A DNA stretch of 64,000 nt, taken from positions 160,001-224,000 of the forward strand of contig OY729428.2 of the NCBI GenBank assembly GCA_963422375.2, written 5' to 3'. Below, piece by piece: positions 41,587 to 50,620 of this stretch (positions are counted from its first letter, which is position 1; each line of letters opens with the position of its first letter). Source of the DNA: Bryobacterales bacterium. GTDB taxonomy: Bacteria > Acidobacteriota > Terriglobia > Bryobacterales > UBA6623. A model generated the notes under the pieces. The model saw only the letters and a program-made list of their open reading frames with translations, had not been told where the DNA came from and made no database searches. Position numbers and translations under genes: made by a program.

Positions 41587-44500
41587 TTACCGCCCGACCT
41601 GGACGCCCGAACCGAACCCACGGGCCGCCGCCGGCGCGCCCGGAGCGAGTTCGGGCGCGCCGGGTCCGGACACGCGGCTCGATGCTCGGGCGCCCTCCCC
41701 GCGAACCAGCCATCTCGCAGCCGCCCGGAAGTCCTCGAGAATCACGTACAGGCACGGCACCAGCACCAGCGTCACGGCCGTCGCGAACAGCACGCCCGAG
41801 GCGAGGGCCACGCCCATCGGAACGAGGAACTGCGCCTGGAGGCTCTTCTCGAGAATCAGTGGCGTCACCCCGGCCGCGGTCGTCAGCGACGTGAGAAGGA
41901 TCGGCCGGAACCGCGCCTCTCCCGCGGCACGCACCGCCTCCTTCAGCGCTACTCGCTCGCGGGCGTAGCTGTTGATGAAGGTGACCAGCACGAGGCTATC
42001 GTTGACCACCACGCCGGCCAGCGCCACCATGCCGCACATCGAGAGGAAGCTGACCTGCAGGCCGAGGATCGCGTGCCCCCAGATGGCGCCCACCATCCCG
42101 AAGGGTATGGCGCTGAGGATGATCAGTGGCTTGACGTAGCTCTTCAGCGGGATCGCCAGCATCGCGAAGATCACGAACATGGCGATGGCGAAGCCCCGCG
42201 CCAGCCCTTCCATCGACTCGGCGAAGTCGGCCTCGTCCCCTTCGAAGGAGTAGGCGACGCCGGGGTATCCGGCCATCAGCTGCGGCAGGAACTCCGACTC
42301 CAAGGCCGCCGAGATCTCTCCGCCGGTCGTGATCGACTCGTCCACCTCGGCCTGCACGCTGACCGAGCGGCTGCGGTCGACCCGCGTGATGGCGGCCGGC
42401 CCCCGGCCCATGCTCGCGACCGCTACCGTCGAGAACGGCACCTCCGACCCGGACGGCGTGCGGATCCGCATCTGCTCGAGGTCCCCGAGCGAGCGGCGGT
42501 CCCGCTGCGGGTAGCGCACCATCACGCGGATGTCGTCCCGGCCGCGCTGGATGCGCTGCGCCTCCTCGCCGAAGAAGCCCTGGCGGACCTGCCGGCCCAG
42601 ATCCCGCATGGTCACGCCCATCGCCTCGCCTTCCGAGGTCAGCGCCAGCTTGATCTCCGGCTTGCCGGTGCGGTATGTGTCCGAGACGTCGATCACGCCC
42701 GGGTACTCGGCAATGCGAGCCTTGGTGATCTCCGCGACCCGCCGCACGGTGTCGAGGTCCAGGCCGCTGAACTGGAGGTCGATGGCCTTGCCGCCTCCGA
42801 TCATGTCGTGCGAGATCAGCAGCTCGACCGCGCCTGGAATCTGGCCCACCTTCTCGCGCCAACGGCCGGCGATCTCCGCCGCGCTCAGGCTGCGCAGCTC
42901 CGAGGGGAACAGCTCGACGTTGACCTCCCCCAGGTAGTCCCCCTGCGGATTCGCCACTCCGGCCGCAGGGCCGCCTTGGACCTCGCGAAACGGGTGCTCT
43001 CCGATCGAACGCAGGATGTGGACGAACTCGTCGCGCCCGATCTCGGCGGCGATCTCCTCGCGCAGCTCCAGCGCCGCGCGCTCGATGATGTCCACTCCGG
43101 CGCTGGTGACCTCCGCCGGCGCGTCCCTGGGCATCGTCAGGAAGGCGACGATGTTGTCGGAGTCGACCGTCGGGAACAGCACCATTCGCACCAGGCCGGC
43201 GCCGACGAGCCCCGCGGTGAAGAGCACGGAGAAGAGCGCCAGGGCGACGGTCAGGTACCGCCAGTCCAGGGCGGCCCGCAGCGTGGGACGGTAGATGCGC
43301 CGGACGAACAGCTCCAGCCCGCCGGAGAACAGGTTGAAGAATCCGTCCCATGCCCGCGCGGCCAAGGCGGTGCGCTTGCGCGGCCGCTTGTAGTGCGCCA
43401 GATGGCACGGCAGGATGAGATTCGACTCGACCAGCGAGAAGAACAGCACGGGCAGGATGATGAGCGGGAAGACGCCCGTGATCTTGCCCATGATGCCCGG
43501 CACGAACAGCATCGGCGAGAACGCGGCCATGGTGGTGAGGACGCCGAACGCGACGGGGATCAGCACCTCGTACGTCCCGCGAATCGCCGCGCTTGTCCGC
43601 TTGCCCGTTCTCTGCTGCGTCGTGAAGATGTTCTCGCCCACCACGATCGCGTCGTCGACCACGATGCCCAGCACGAGGATGAAGGCGAACAGCGACATCA
43701 TGTTGATCGAGACGTCGAACACCGGCATGGCCGCGATCGCGCCCAGGAACGAGATCGGAATGCCGATCGTGACCCAGAACGCCAGGCGCAGCCGCAGGAA
43801 CAGGGCGAGCACCGTGAAGACGAGCACCAGCCCGGTCATGGCGTTCCTGACGAGCAGGTCGATGCGGTCCTCGAGCAGGCGCGCGGAGTCCTGCCACGTG
43901 AACAACCCGATGCCCTCGGGCAAGGCGCCGGCCGCGCGCTCGACGTAGGCATGCACGGCTTGCGCCACCTCCACCGCGTTCTGATCGCCGACCCGGTACA
44001 CCTGGATCATCACGGCGGGCCTTCCGTCGAATTCGGCGCTCACCGCGAGGTCCTCGAAACCGTCCACCACGGTCGCGACGTCCCGCAAGTAGATCCGCGT
44101 CCCGTCGGGGCGGGCCAGCAGGGGCAGGCCCTCGAACTCATCGCCGGTGTACGCCTGCCCCTTCGTGCGGAACAGGATCTCGCCGTTCTCGGTCTTGACC
44201 GACCCGCCGGGCAGGTCGACCGAGAACTGCCGCACGGCGGCGGCGATGCGGTCGAAGGTGAGGCCCCACCGCCGCAGAGCGTCCTCGGACACCTCGATCG
44301 AGATCTCGTACGGCGGCGCGTTCAGCAGCTCCGCCTGGGAGACCTCGGGCAGCGTGACGATCTCGTCCCGCACGCGCTCGCCGATCCGCTTCAGCGTGCC
44401 CAGGCTCGTGTCCCCGGCGACGGCCACGTTGATGACCTGGAAGCGGGTCACGACCTCCTGCACCACGGGCTTCTCGACCTCGGCGGGAAACGTGTCGATG

Positions 44501-44844
44501 GCGTCGATCTTGGCCTTGACGTCCTCCAGCACCCGCCTCACGTCGTACGCGGACAGGACCTCGACGATGATCGAGCCCGCACCCTCGCTAGCCGTGGAAG
44601 TGATCCTCTTGACGCCGTCCACGCCCTGCAGCGCTTCCTCGACGCGCACGCAGACGCCTTCCTCGACCTCCTCCGGGGCCGCTCCCCGGTACTCGACGCC
44701 GACGGTGATGATCTCGAGCGAGAACTCCGGGAACACTTCCTGCTTCAGGTCGGCAAGAGTGATCAGGCCGGAGGCGACGATGATCACGAGCAGGAGGTTC
44801 GCGACGACCCTGTTCCGCGCGAACCAGGCGATCATGCCCTTCAT
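41587..44844 (-). CDS. RND efflux permease (AcrB/AcrD/AcrF family)
   Basis: GIVVDDAIVVGENI, GVVVNDS, RFRPILLT; two large periplasmic loops. Confidence 0.95.
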   Translation of the reverse strand: MKGMIAWFARNRVVANLLLVIIVASGLITLADLKQEVFPEFSLEIITVGVEYRGAAPEEVEEGVCVRVEEALQGVDGVKRITSTASEGAGSIIVEVLSAYDVRRVLEDVKAKIDAIDTFPAEVEKPVVQEVVTRFQVINVAVAGDTSLGTLKRIGERVRDEIVTLPEVSQAELLNAPPYEISIEVSEDALRRWGLTFDRIAAAVRQFSVDLPGGSVKTENGEILFRTKGQAYTGDEFEGLPLLARPDGTRIYLRDVATVVDGFEDLAVSAEFDGRPAVMIQVYRVGDQNAVEVAQAVHAYVERAAGALPEGIGLFTWQDSARLLEDRIDLLVRNAMTGLVLVFTVLALFLRLRLAFWVTIGIPISFLGAIAAMPVFDVSINMMSLFAFILVLGIVVDDAIVVGENIFTTQQRTGKRTSAAIRGTYEVLIPVAFGVLTTMAAFSPMLFVPGIMGKITGVFPLIILPVLFFSLVESNLILPCHLAHYKRPRKRTALAARAWDGFFNLFSGGLELFVRRIYRPTLRAALDWRYLTVALALFSVLFTAGLVGAGLVRMVLFPTVDSDNIVAFLTMPRDAPAEVTSAGVDIIERAALELREEIAAEIGRDEFVHILRSIGEHPFREVQGGPAAGVANPQGDYLGEVNVELFPSELRSLSAAEIAGRWREKVGQIPGAVELLISHDMIGGGKAIDLQFSGLDLDTVRRVAEITKARIAEYPGVIDVSDTYRTGKPEIKLALTSEGEAMGVTMRDLGRQVRQGFFGEEAQRIQRGRDDIRVMVRYPQRDRRSLGDLEQMRIRTPSGSEVPFSTVAVASMGRGPAAITRVDRSRSVSVQAEVDESITTGGEISAALESEFLPQLMAGYPGVAYSFEGDEADFAESMEGLARGFAIAMFVIFAMLAIPLKSYVKPLIILSAIPFGMVGAIWGHAILGLQVSFLSMCGMVALAGVVVNDSLVLVTFINSYARERVALKEAVRAAGEARFRPILLTSLTTAAGVTPLILEKSLQAQFLVPMGVALASGVLFATAVTLVLVPCLYVILEDFRAAARWLVRGEGARASSRVSGPGAPELAPGAPAAARGFGSGVQVGR

Positions 44845-46037
44845 GCGGCGCGCCCTTCCGCGGCGACCGCCTCGGTGGCCCGCACGGCCATGCCGTCGAC
44901 CGCCGTGCCGATGGGGGAGACGCAGATCCGCTCGCCCTCCCGGATCCCGTCCCGGATCAGCACGGAGTCGCGCTCCCGGCGCAGGACGTCGACCTGGCGG
45001 AAGCGCAGCCGGCCGCCGCTATCGACCACCCAGACGACATCCCCGTCGCGCAGGGCGCTGCGCGGGGCGCGGATCACGCCCGGCACCAGAATCCCCTGGA
45101 TCTCCGCCTGGACGAACATGCCGACGGCCAGCGGGGGCCGGTCGGAGTCGCGCCCGCGCGCGTAAGGATCCCGCACCTGCGCGATCGCGTTGACCATCCG
45201 CGTGCGGGGATCGATCTCGCCCTCGGTGCGCACGATGCGACCCCGCCACGAGTGCTCCCGTCCGGCGAAGCGGGCGGTGAGGCTGACCGCCGGGCCCTCG
45301 GCGGACGACTCCTCGTCGCGGTAGGCCAGCGGCAGCCGGCAGTACTCCAGCTCGGCGTTCGGAATCGGCAGCCTCACCTCCGCCACGTCCACGGCGTAGA
45401 GCGTCGCGGCGACCGCGCCGCGCTGCACGAACTGGCCCACGTCGACCTGCTTCGACCGGACGCGGCCGTCGAAGGGGGCGCGCAGGACCGTACGCTCCAA
45501 GTCGTACTCGGCCTGCTCCAAGGATGCCTCCAAGGCACCCAAGCTCGACCGCAGCTCGGCGATCTGCGGCTCGCGGAACAGCAGCGGCGACGGCTCGCCT
45601 GTCCCGAGCGCCTCCCACTCCCGGCGCGCCAAGGCGGATTCCTCCTGCTCGGTCTGCAGGCGCAGCCCGGCCTGCTCGATGGCGGCCTTGGCCCGGGTGA
45701 TGGCCAGCTCGTACTCCCGCGGATCGATCCTGAGCAGGACGTCCCCGGCGTCGAAGAACCCGCCGGCCGCCAGGGAGGGCGACACCTTCACGACCCGGCC
45801 CGAGACCTCGGGCACCAGCTGGCTCTCCGTGCGCGGCGCGACAGTTCCCTCGGCCTGCACCGTCAGGCGCAGGGACGTGCGCTCGGCCTGTATGACGTTC
45901 ACGAGCGGGGGCTGGACGACCGCGTCGACGCGCTGCGGCTCCTCGTAGGATTCCACGAGCGTCTTGGCGGTCCAGCCGCCGACAGCCAGCACGAAGACCG
46001 GCAGCAGCACTCTCAGAGCGAGTCGAAGTCTGTGCAT
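44841..46037 (-). CDS. RND periplasmic adaptor (membrane fusion protein)
   Basis: EVSGRV, RAPFDGRV..VDVGQFV, IDPRTR, GMFV. Confidence 0.93.
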   Translation of the reverse strand: MHRLRLALRVLLPVFVLAVGGWTAKTLVESYEEPQRVDAVVQPPLVNVIQAERTSLRLTVQAEGTVAPRTESQLVPEVSGRVVKVSPSLAAGGFFDAGDVLLRIDPREYELAITRAKAAIEQAGLRLQTEQEESALARREWEALGTGEPSPLLFREPQIAELRSSLGALEASLEQAEYDLERTVLRAPFDGRVRSKQVDVGQFVQRGAVAATLYAVDVAEVRLPIPNAELEYCRLPLAYRDEESSAEGPAVSLTARFAGREHSWRGRIVRTEGEIDPRTRMVNAIAQVRDPYARGRDSDRPPLAVGMFVQAEIQGILVPGVIRAPRSALRDGDVVWVVDSGGRLRFRQVDVLRRERDSVLIRDGIREGERICVSPIGTAVDGMAVRATEAVAAEGRAA

Positions 46038-46046
46038 GGGCCTCTC

Positions 46047-47492
46047 CTATTGATCCCTCGGGGCCGGAGCCGGGCAGCAGGAGGCGCCGACTCCGGCCTC
46101 GAAGCCGCCTCCCAGAGCGAGGTGCAGCTCGACGCGGTTGTCGACTTGCGCGCGCCGCAGCGCCAAGATCGCGCTCCGCGTCTCGAGGGCGGTCTGGCGC
46201 AGGCCGAGCACCGCGAAGACGTCCCCCATCCCGGCGGCGTAGCGGCTCTCCGCGAGCGCGGCCGCCTCGTCGGTGATGCGCCGCGAGTCCGCCAGGGCCG
46301 ACCGCTGCTCGCGCAGAGCCGCCTCCGAGGCCAAGGCGCTCTCGACCTCCAGGTACGCGGTCCAGATGCGGCTCTCGTAGTCGGCCGCGGCGGAGCGCGC
46401 GAGCGCCCGCGCGGAGCGCACCCCGGCCCGCAGGCGCCCGCGGCTGAAGACGGGCTCCGCCAAGCCCAAGGCGAGGCTCCAGACCCGCAGTCCGGGATTC
46501 ACCAGGTCGAGCAGGGTGTTGCTCGAGGTGCCCAGGCTGGAGGTCAGCGAGAAGCCCGGCCGCAGCGCGGCCTTCGACTGCACGGTGCGGGCGTCCGCGG
46601 CGAGCAGCCCCTGTTCGGCGGCGACCATGTCGGGCCGGCGGCGCACTAGGTCCGACGGAAGGCCGGCCGGCACGCGGTCCGGCAGATCGACCAGCGCGGG
46701 GCTCGGGGCGAGCTTGCCGGCCGGGTACTCGCAGGCGAGGACCTCGACCTGGCGGACGAAGAGATCGCGCTGGCGCTCGCGCTCCTTAAGGGAGGACCTG
46801 GCCCGCGCCACGTTGCCGTCCGCGACCCGCACGTCAACGGGCGACCGCGAGCCGAAGCGGTACCGTTCCCGCGTGCGTTCGGAGACGGTCTCCAGGTGCT
46901 CGACCGTCGCTTCGGCGAGAGCGACCTGCCCCTGCGCCTCGACCGCGGCGAACCAGGCCTTGGCCACCTGACCGCTGAGCGAGAGCCGGGCGGCCGCCAG
47001 GTCGGCCGCCCGCGCGGCCACGCCGGCGTCGGCCTCGACCTTCCGCGCGGCGACCCGCTGCCAGAGATCCGCCTCCCACGAGAGGTTCAGCGTCAGGCCC
47101 GCCGTGCCGAAGGTATTGCTGAGCACCCGGTCCTTCAGGCCGGGGAACGGGAGGCCCACGAAGTTCTGGCGCTGGCGGAGCCGGTTAATGCCGACCCCGA
47201 CCTCGGGCCAGGCGGTGGCCCCCGCGATCCGCCGCTCCTCGACGGCCGCTTCGATTCGCGCGAGGGCGGATCGCAGCGTGCGGCTGCAATCCAAGGCGCT
47301 GCGGACCGCCGCGTCAAGGCCGGGATCGCCGAAGTAGGCCCACCAGTCAGAGGCCGGCTGGGCGCGGTCGGCGACGGCCCCGCTCCAGCTCTCGGGCACG
47401 GGCACCTGTAACTGGCGCTCGGGCAGGGAAACGGGCCGCGAGCAGGCCGCCGCGAGGGCGGCGGCCGCGGCGACTGCGACTGTTATGCGCAT
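46047..47492 (-). CDS. Outer-membrane efflux lipoprotein (TolC/OprM family)
   Basis: Lipobox AAAC; SWEADLW, GLPSDLVRRRPD, LHLALGGG. Confidence 0.93.
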   Translation of the reverse strand: MRITVAVAAAAALAAACSRPVSLPERQLQVPVPESWSGAVADRAQPASDWWAYFGDPGLDAAVRSALDCSRTLRSALARIEAAVEERRIAGATAWPEVGVGINRLRQRQNFVGLPFPGLKDRVLSNTFGTAGLTLNLSWEADLWQRVAARKVEADAGVAARAADLAAARLSLSGQVAKAWFAAVEAQGQVALAEATVEHLETVSERTRERYRFGSRSPVDVRVADGNVARARSSLKERERQRDLFVRQVEVLACEYPAGKLAPSPALVDLPDRVPAGLPSDLVRRRPDMVAAEQGLLAADARTVQSKAALRPGFSLTSSLGTSSNTLLDLVNPGLRVWSLALGLAEPVFSRGRLRAGVRSARALARSAAADYESRIWTAYLEVESALASEAALREQRSALADSRRITDEAAALAESRYAAGMGDVFAVLGLRQTALETRSAILALRRAQVDNRVELHLALGGGFEAGVGASCCPAPAPRDQ

Positions 47493-47495
47493 GAG

Positions 47496-48164
47496 CTAGG
47501 CGTCCTCGGGAGGGCGGTCCGCGGCGCCCCGCGGGTCGGGCTCGGGGCCCGCTCGCATGCCCGCGGCCACGAATCGCACCATCGCGCCGAGCGTGGCCTC
47601 CGTGTCGGAGGGATCGCAGGAGCCGGCGGTCCAGCGGCGGGTGCGATCGGAATCGAGCATGGTGTGGACCATCACGCCCAGCGCGAAGTGCATGCGCCGC
47701 CGCAGGTCCGCTGGCGACAGGCTTGGGAGCGCGCGCCGGAACGCGCTCTCGAAGCGGACCAAGACCTCGCCGTACTCGCGCTCGAAGTCCGCCTCCAAGT
47801 ACTGCACCGGCTCGGAATAGAAGCGCGCGCACAACCGCAGGAAGCGCCGCCCGGCCCGCGGCTCGCGGGCCAGCGCCAGCGCGGGGGCGTACAGCGACTC
47901 GAGAACCTCCTCCACCCGCAGGTCCGCGCAGGCCTCGGCCCTGTCGAGCATCCCGATCCGCTCCGCGTTGACCGGCCGGACCCGGCGCTGGAACACCGCA
48001 CGGACCACCGCCTCCTTCGATCCGAAGTGGTAGTGGACCGAGGCCAGGTTGACCCCGGCCTCCTTGGTCAGCAGGCGCAGGGACACGCCGTCCACGCCCC
48101 TCTCGCTGAAGAGCGCCTCGGCGGCATCGAGAATCGAGGCCTTGGTTGCGTCGGCGTGCTGCAT
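47496..48164 (-). CDS. TetR/AcrR regulator, PsrA-like
   Basis: ILDAAEALF..GVNLASVHYHFGSKE HTH and a PsrA-like C-terminus; start taken at ATG 48164. Confidence 0.9.
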   Translation of the reverse strand: MQHADATKASILDAAEALFSERGVDGVSLRLLTKEAGVNLASVHYHFGSKEAVVRAVFQRRVRPVNAERIGMLDRAEACADLRVEEVLESLYAPALALAREPRAGRRFLRLCARFYSEPVQYLEADFEREYGEVLVRFESAFRRALPSLSPADLRRRMHFALGVMVHTMLDSDRTRRWTAGSCDPSDTEATLGAMVRFVAAGMRAGPEPDPRGAADRPPEDA

Positions 48165-48171
48165 GCCCTGA

Positions 48172-48217
48172 TTCAAACGTTTGATTGAATCATAAGGCCG
48201 GCCCGGCGCGTTGTCAA
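48172..48217 (-). promoter_or_regulatory. Sigma70 promoter plus a PsrA-like operator for the TetR-RND operon
   Basis: TTGACA (48212-48217), 17 bp, TATGAT (48189-48194) on the minus strand; dyad TTCAAAC-N4-GATTGAA at 48172-48189. Confidence 0.8.
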
Positions 48218-48259
48218 ACGGCCGACCGCCATATGCTGGGGAAAGGGGGCGCAGGAGGG

Positions 48260-49105
48260 ATGGACGGCAGGATTTCCGAAGCGCTCGCGGCGGAGCGGCC
48301 CTTCGCGATATGCGGGCCTTGCGTGATCGAGTCCCTCGGCCACGCCCTCATGGTCGGGCGGGCCGTGGCCGCGGCCGCCGAGGCCACGGGCGTGGCCGCG
48401 GTGTTCAAGGCTTCGTTCGACAAGGCGAACCGCACCAGCGAGTCCTCCTACCGCGGGCCCGGCCTGCGGCCGGGACTGGAGATCCTGGCCGAGGTCCGTC
48501 GCGAGACCGGGCTGCCGGTCCTGACGGACATTCACGAGCCCGCCCAGGCCGAAATCGCCGCCGAGACGTGCGACGTGCTGCAGGTTCCGGCCTTCCTGTG
48601 CCGCCAGACGGACCTGCTCCGGGCGGCGGGCGGCACCGGGCGGCACGTCAACATCAAGAAGGGGCAGTTTCTCGCCCCGGACGACATGCGTCACGCCGCC
48701 GACAAGGTCGCCGCCACGGGCAACGACCGGATCGTGCTGACCGAGCGCGGCACCAGCTTCGGCTACCGCAACCTCGTCGTCGATTTCCGGGGCGTGGCGC
48801 TCCTGCGCGGTCTCGGCTACCCGGTCGTGCTCGACGTGACGCACAGCCTGCAGCTGCCCGGCGCGGCGGGCGGGTCCAGCGGCGGGCAGCCCGAGTACAT
48901 CGCCGACCTGGCCCGCGCGGGGGCGGCCTGCGGGGTCGACGGGCTCTTCCTCGAGGTCCACGAGGAGCCGCGCCGCGCCCTGTCGGACGGCTCGACCGCG
49001 CTGCGCCTGGACGCGCTGCGCGGCCTGCTGGCCGAGACGGCGGCCATCCGGCGCTTGGTCGCCTCGTTCGGCGACGGGGGATCCGCCCGCCGCGGGATCA
49101 CTTGA
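48260..49105 (+). CDS. kdsA: KDO-8-phosphate synthase
   Basis: GPCVIES, FKASFDKANRTS, PAFLCRQTDL, KKGQF, ERGTSFGY, DVTHS; AGGAGG SD. Confidence 0.96.
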   Translation: MDGRISEALAAERPFAICGPCVIESLGHALMVGRAVAAAAEATGVAAVFKASFDKANRTSESSYRGPGLRPGLEILAEVRRETGLPVLTDIHEPAQAEIAAETCDVLQVPAFLCRQTDLLRAAGGTGRHVNIKKGQFLAPDDMRHAADKVAATGNDRIVLTERGTSFGYRNLVVDFRGVALLRGLGYPVVLDVTHSLQLPGAAGGSSGGQPEYIADLARAGAACGVDGLFLEVHEEPRRALSDGSTALRLDALRGLLAETAAIRRLVASFGDGGSARRGIT

Positions 49106-49823
49106 GGCCGAGGCCCCCGTCCACGGCCAGCACCTGCCCGGTGACGAACGCGGGCCCCTCGAGCAGCAGGCGCACCGCCTGCGCGATCTCCTCGCCCGTG
49201 CCGTGCCGGCGCATGGGCGTGACGCGCACCAGGCGGGCGATCTCCTCGGGCATCTCCGGGCCGAAGTGGACGACGCCCGGGGCCACGGCGTTGACTGCGA
49301 TATCGGGGGCCCAGGCCTTCGCGAGCGCCTGCGTCAGCATCACCACGCCGGCCTTCGACACGCAGTAGGGCACGTGCCCGCCCCAGGGGCGGAGGCCTCC
49401 GAGCGAGCCGATGTTGACGATCCGGCCCCCGCCGGACCGCAGCATGAGCCGGGCCGCCTGCTGGCAGCAGAAGAACGCGCCCTTGAGATTGACCTCGTGC
49501 ATCGCGTCCCAGTCCCTCTCGGTGGCCTCGAGCGGGTCTACGGCCCGGAAGACGGCGGCGTTGTTGACGAGGCCGTCCAGCCGGCCGCCCCACCGCGCGA
49601 TCTGGTCGAACAGGCGCCGGATCTGCTCGACGCGAGCGAGGTCGGCGCGGAAGGCCCGGCCGCCGCAGCGGGCGGCCGTGTCCCGCGCCTCGGCCCCGGA
49701 ACTGCGGTAATGGACGGCGACGCGCGCGCCGCGAGCGGCGAGCTCCAAGGCGACGCAACGTCCGATCCGCTTGGCCGCGCCGGTAACGGCCACAACCTTG
49801 CCGCGGAGGTCGTCCATGCGCAC
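49098..49823 (-). CDS. SDR oxidoreductase, pteridine reductase-like
   Basis: TGAAKRIG, NNAA, YCVSK, VNAVAPG. Confidence 0.88.
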   Translation of the reverse strand: MRMDDLRGKVVAVTGAAKRIGRCVALELAARGARVAVHYRSSGAEARDTAARCGGRAFRADLARVEQIRRLFDQIARWGGRLDGLVNNAAVFRAVDPLEATERDWDAMHEVNLKGAFFCCQQAARLMLRSGGGRIVNIGSLGGLRPWGGHVPYCVSKAGVVMLTQALAKAWAPDIAVNAVAPGVVHFGPEMPEEIARLVRVTPMRRHGTGEEIAQAVRLLLEGPAFVTGQVLAVDGGLGLK

Positions 49824-49927
49824 GCCCGGGCGGCGCGGGCGGCGTCGCCAACCTACCGTATTACGATAGCGCTACAGCCCTTATCGCCCGGGCCCGCGAC
49901 GCCGCTCCCCGCCGTCGCCACTATTCG

Positions 49928-50533
49928 ATGCACAAGTACATCATGATCGGCCCGCAGGGCGCGGGCAAGGGCACGCAGTCCAAGCTGCTGGCCGAGAAAT
50001 TCGGCTTCGTGCATATCTCCATCGGCGAGATTTTCCGATGGAACGTCAGCAACCACACCAAGCTCGGCTCGCGGGTCACGCGCATCACCCAGGAGGGACG
50101 CCTCGTGTCGGACGAGGTGGTGGAGAAAGTCGTACAGGACCGGCTCGGAATGCACGACTGGAGGTACGGATTCGTCCTCGACGGCTTCCCGCGCACCTCC
50201 GTCCAGGCCATGTACCTCTTCGAGAACTGGAATCTCGACCGCGCGATCTATCTGGATCTCGACGACGAGACGGTGCGGCGCCGGGTGCTAGCGAGGGCGC
50301 GCGCGGGGGAGGGCGGAGGCTTCACGAAGCGCTCGGACGACAACCCCGAAGCGCTGCGGCGAAGGCTGGTCGAGTACCACGAGAAGACGCGACCGCTGCT
50401 GGCCCTATTCGCGGAGCGCGGCATGCTGCTGCGGGTCGACGCGGGCCGTCCGATCCCGGACGTGTTCGACGAGGTGGTGCGGGGCCTGGGCTTGAGCGAG
50501 GGGGCGGCGCAGATGCCCGGGCTCTCCCAGTAG
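49928..50533 (+). CDS. Adenylate kinase-family NMP kinase, short LID
   Basis: GPQGAGKGTQ, HISIGEIFR, LDGFPRT, RSDD. Confidence 0.88.
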   Translation: MHKYIMIGPQGAGKGTQSKLLAEKFGFVHISIGEIFRWNVSNHTKLGSRVTRITQEGRLVSDEVVEKVVQDRLGMHDWRYGFVLDGFPRTSVQAMYLFENWNLDRAIYLDLDDETVRRRVLARARAGEGGGFTKRSDDNPEALRRRLVEYHEKTRPLLALFAERGMLLRVDAGRPIPDVFDEVVRGLGLSEGAAQMPGLSQ

Positions 50534-50620
50534 CGGCGGCGCGCCTCGCTATATTGGGGCCATTCTCCCTCTCCCCGGGGCCTCCAGCCCCCGAGCGGCC
50601 GACCGACTACGCAGAGACGA

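Noticed and set aside
42073..45165. 1030-aa antisense ORF (and similar long ORFs such as 50038-53343)
   Set aside because: Shadow ORFs of GC-rich genes with low-complexity R/A/G/P composition
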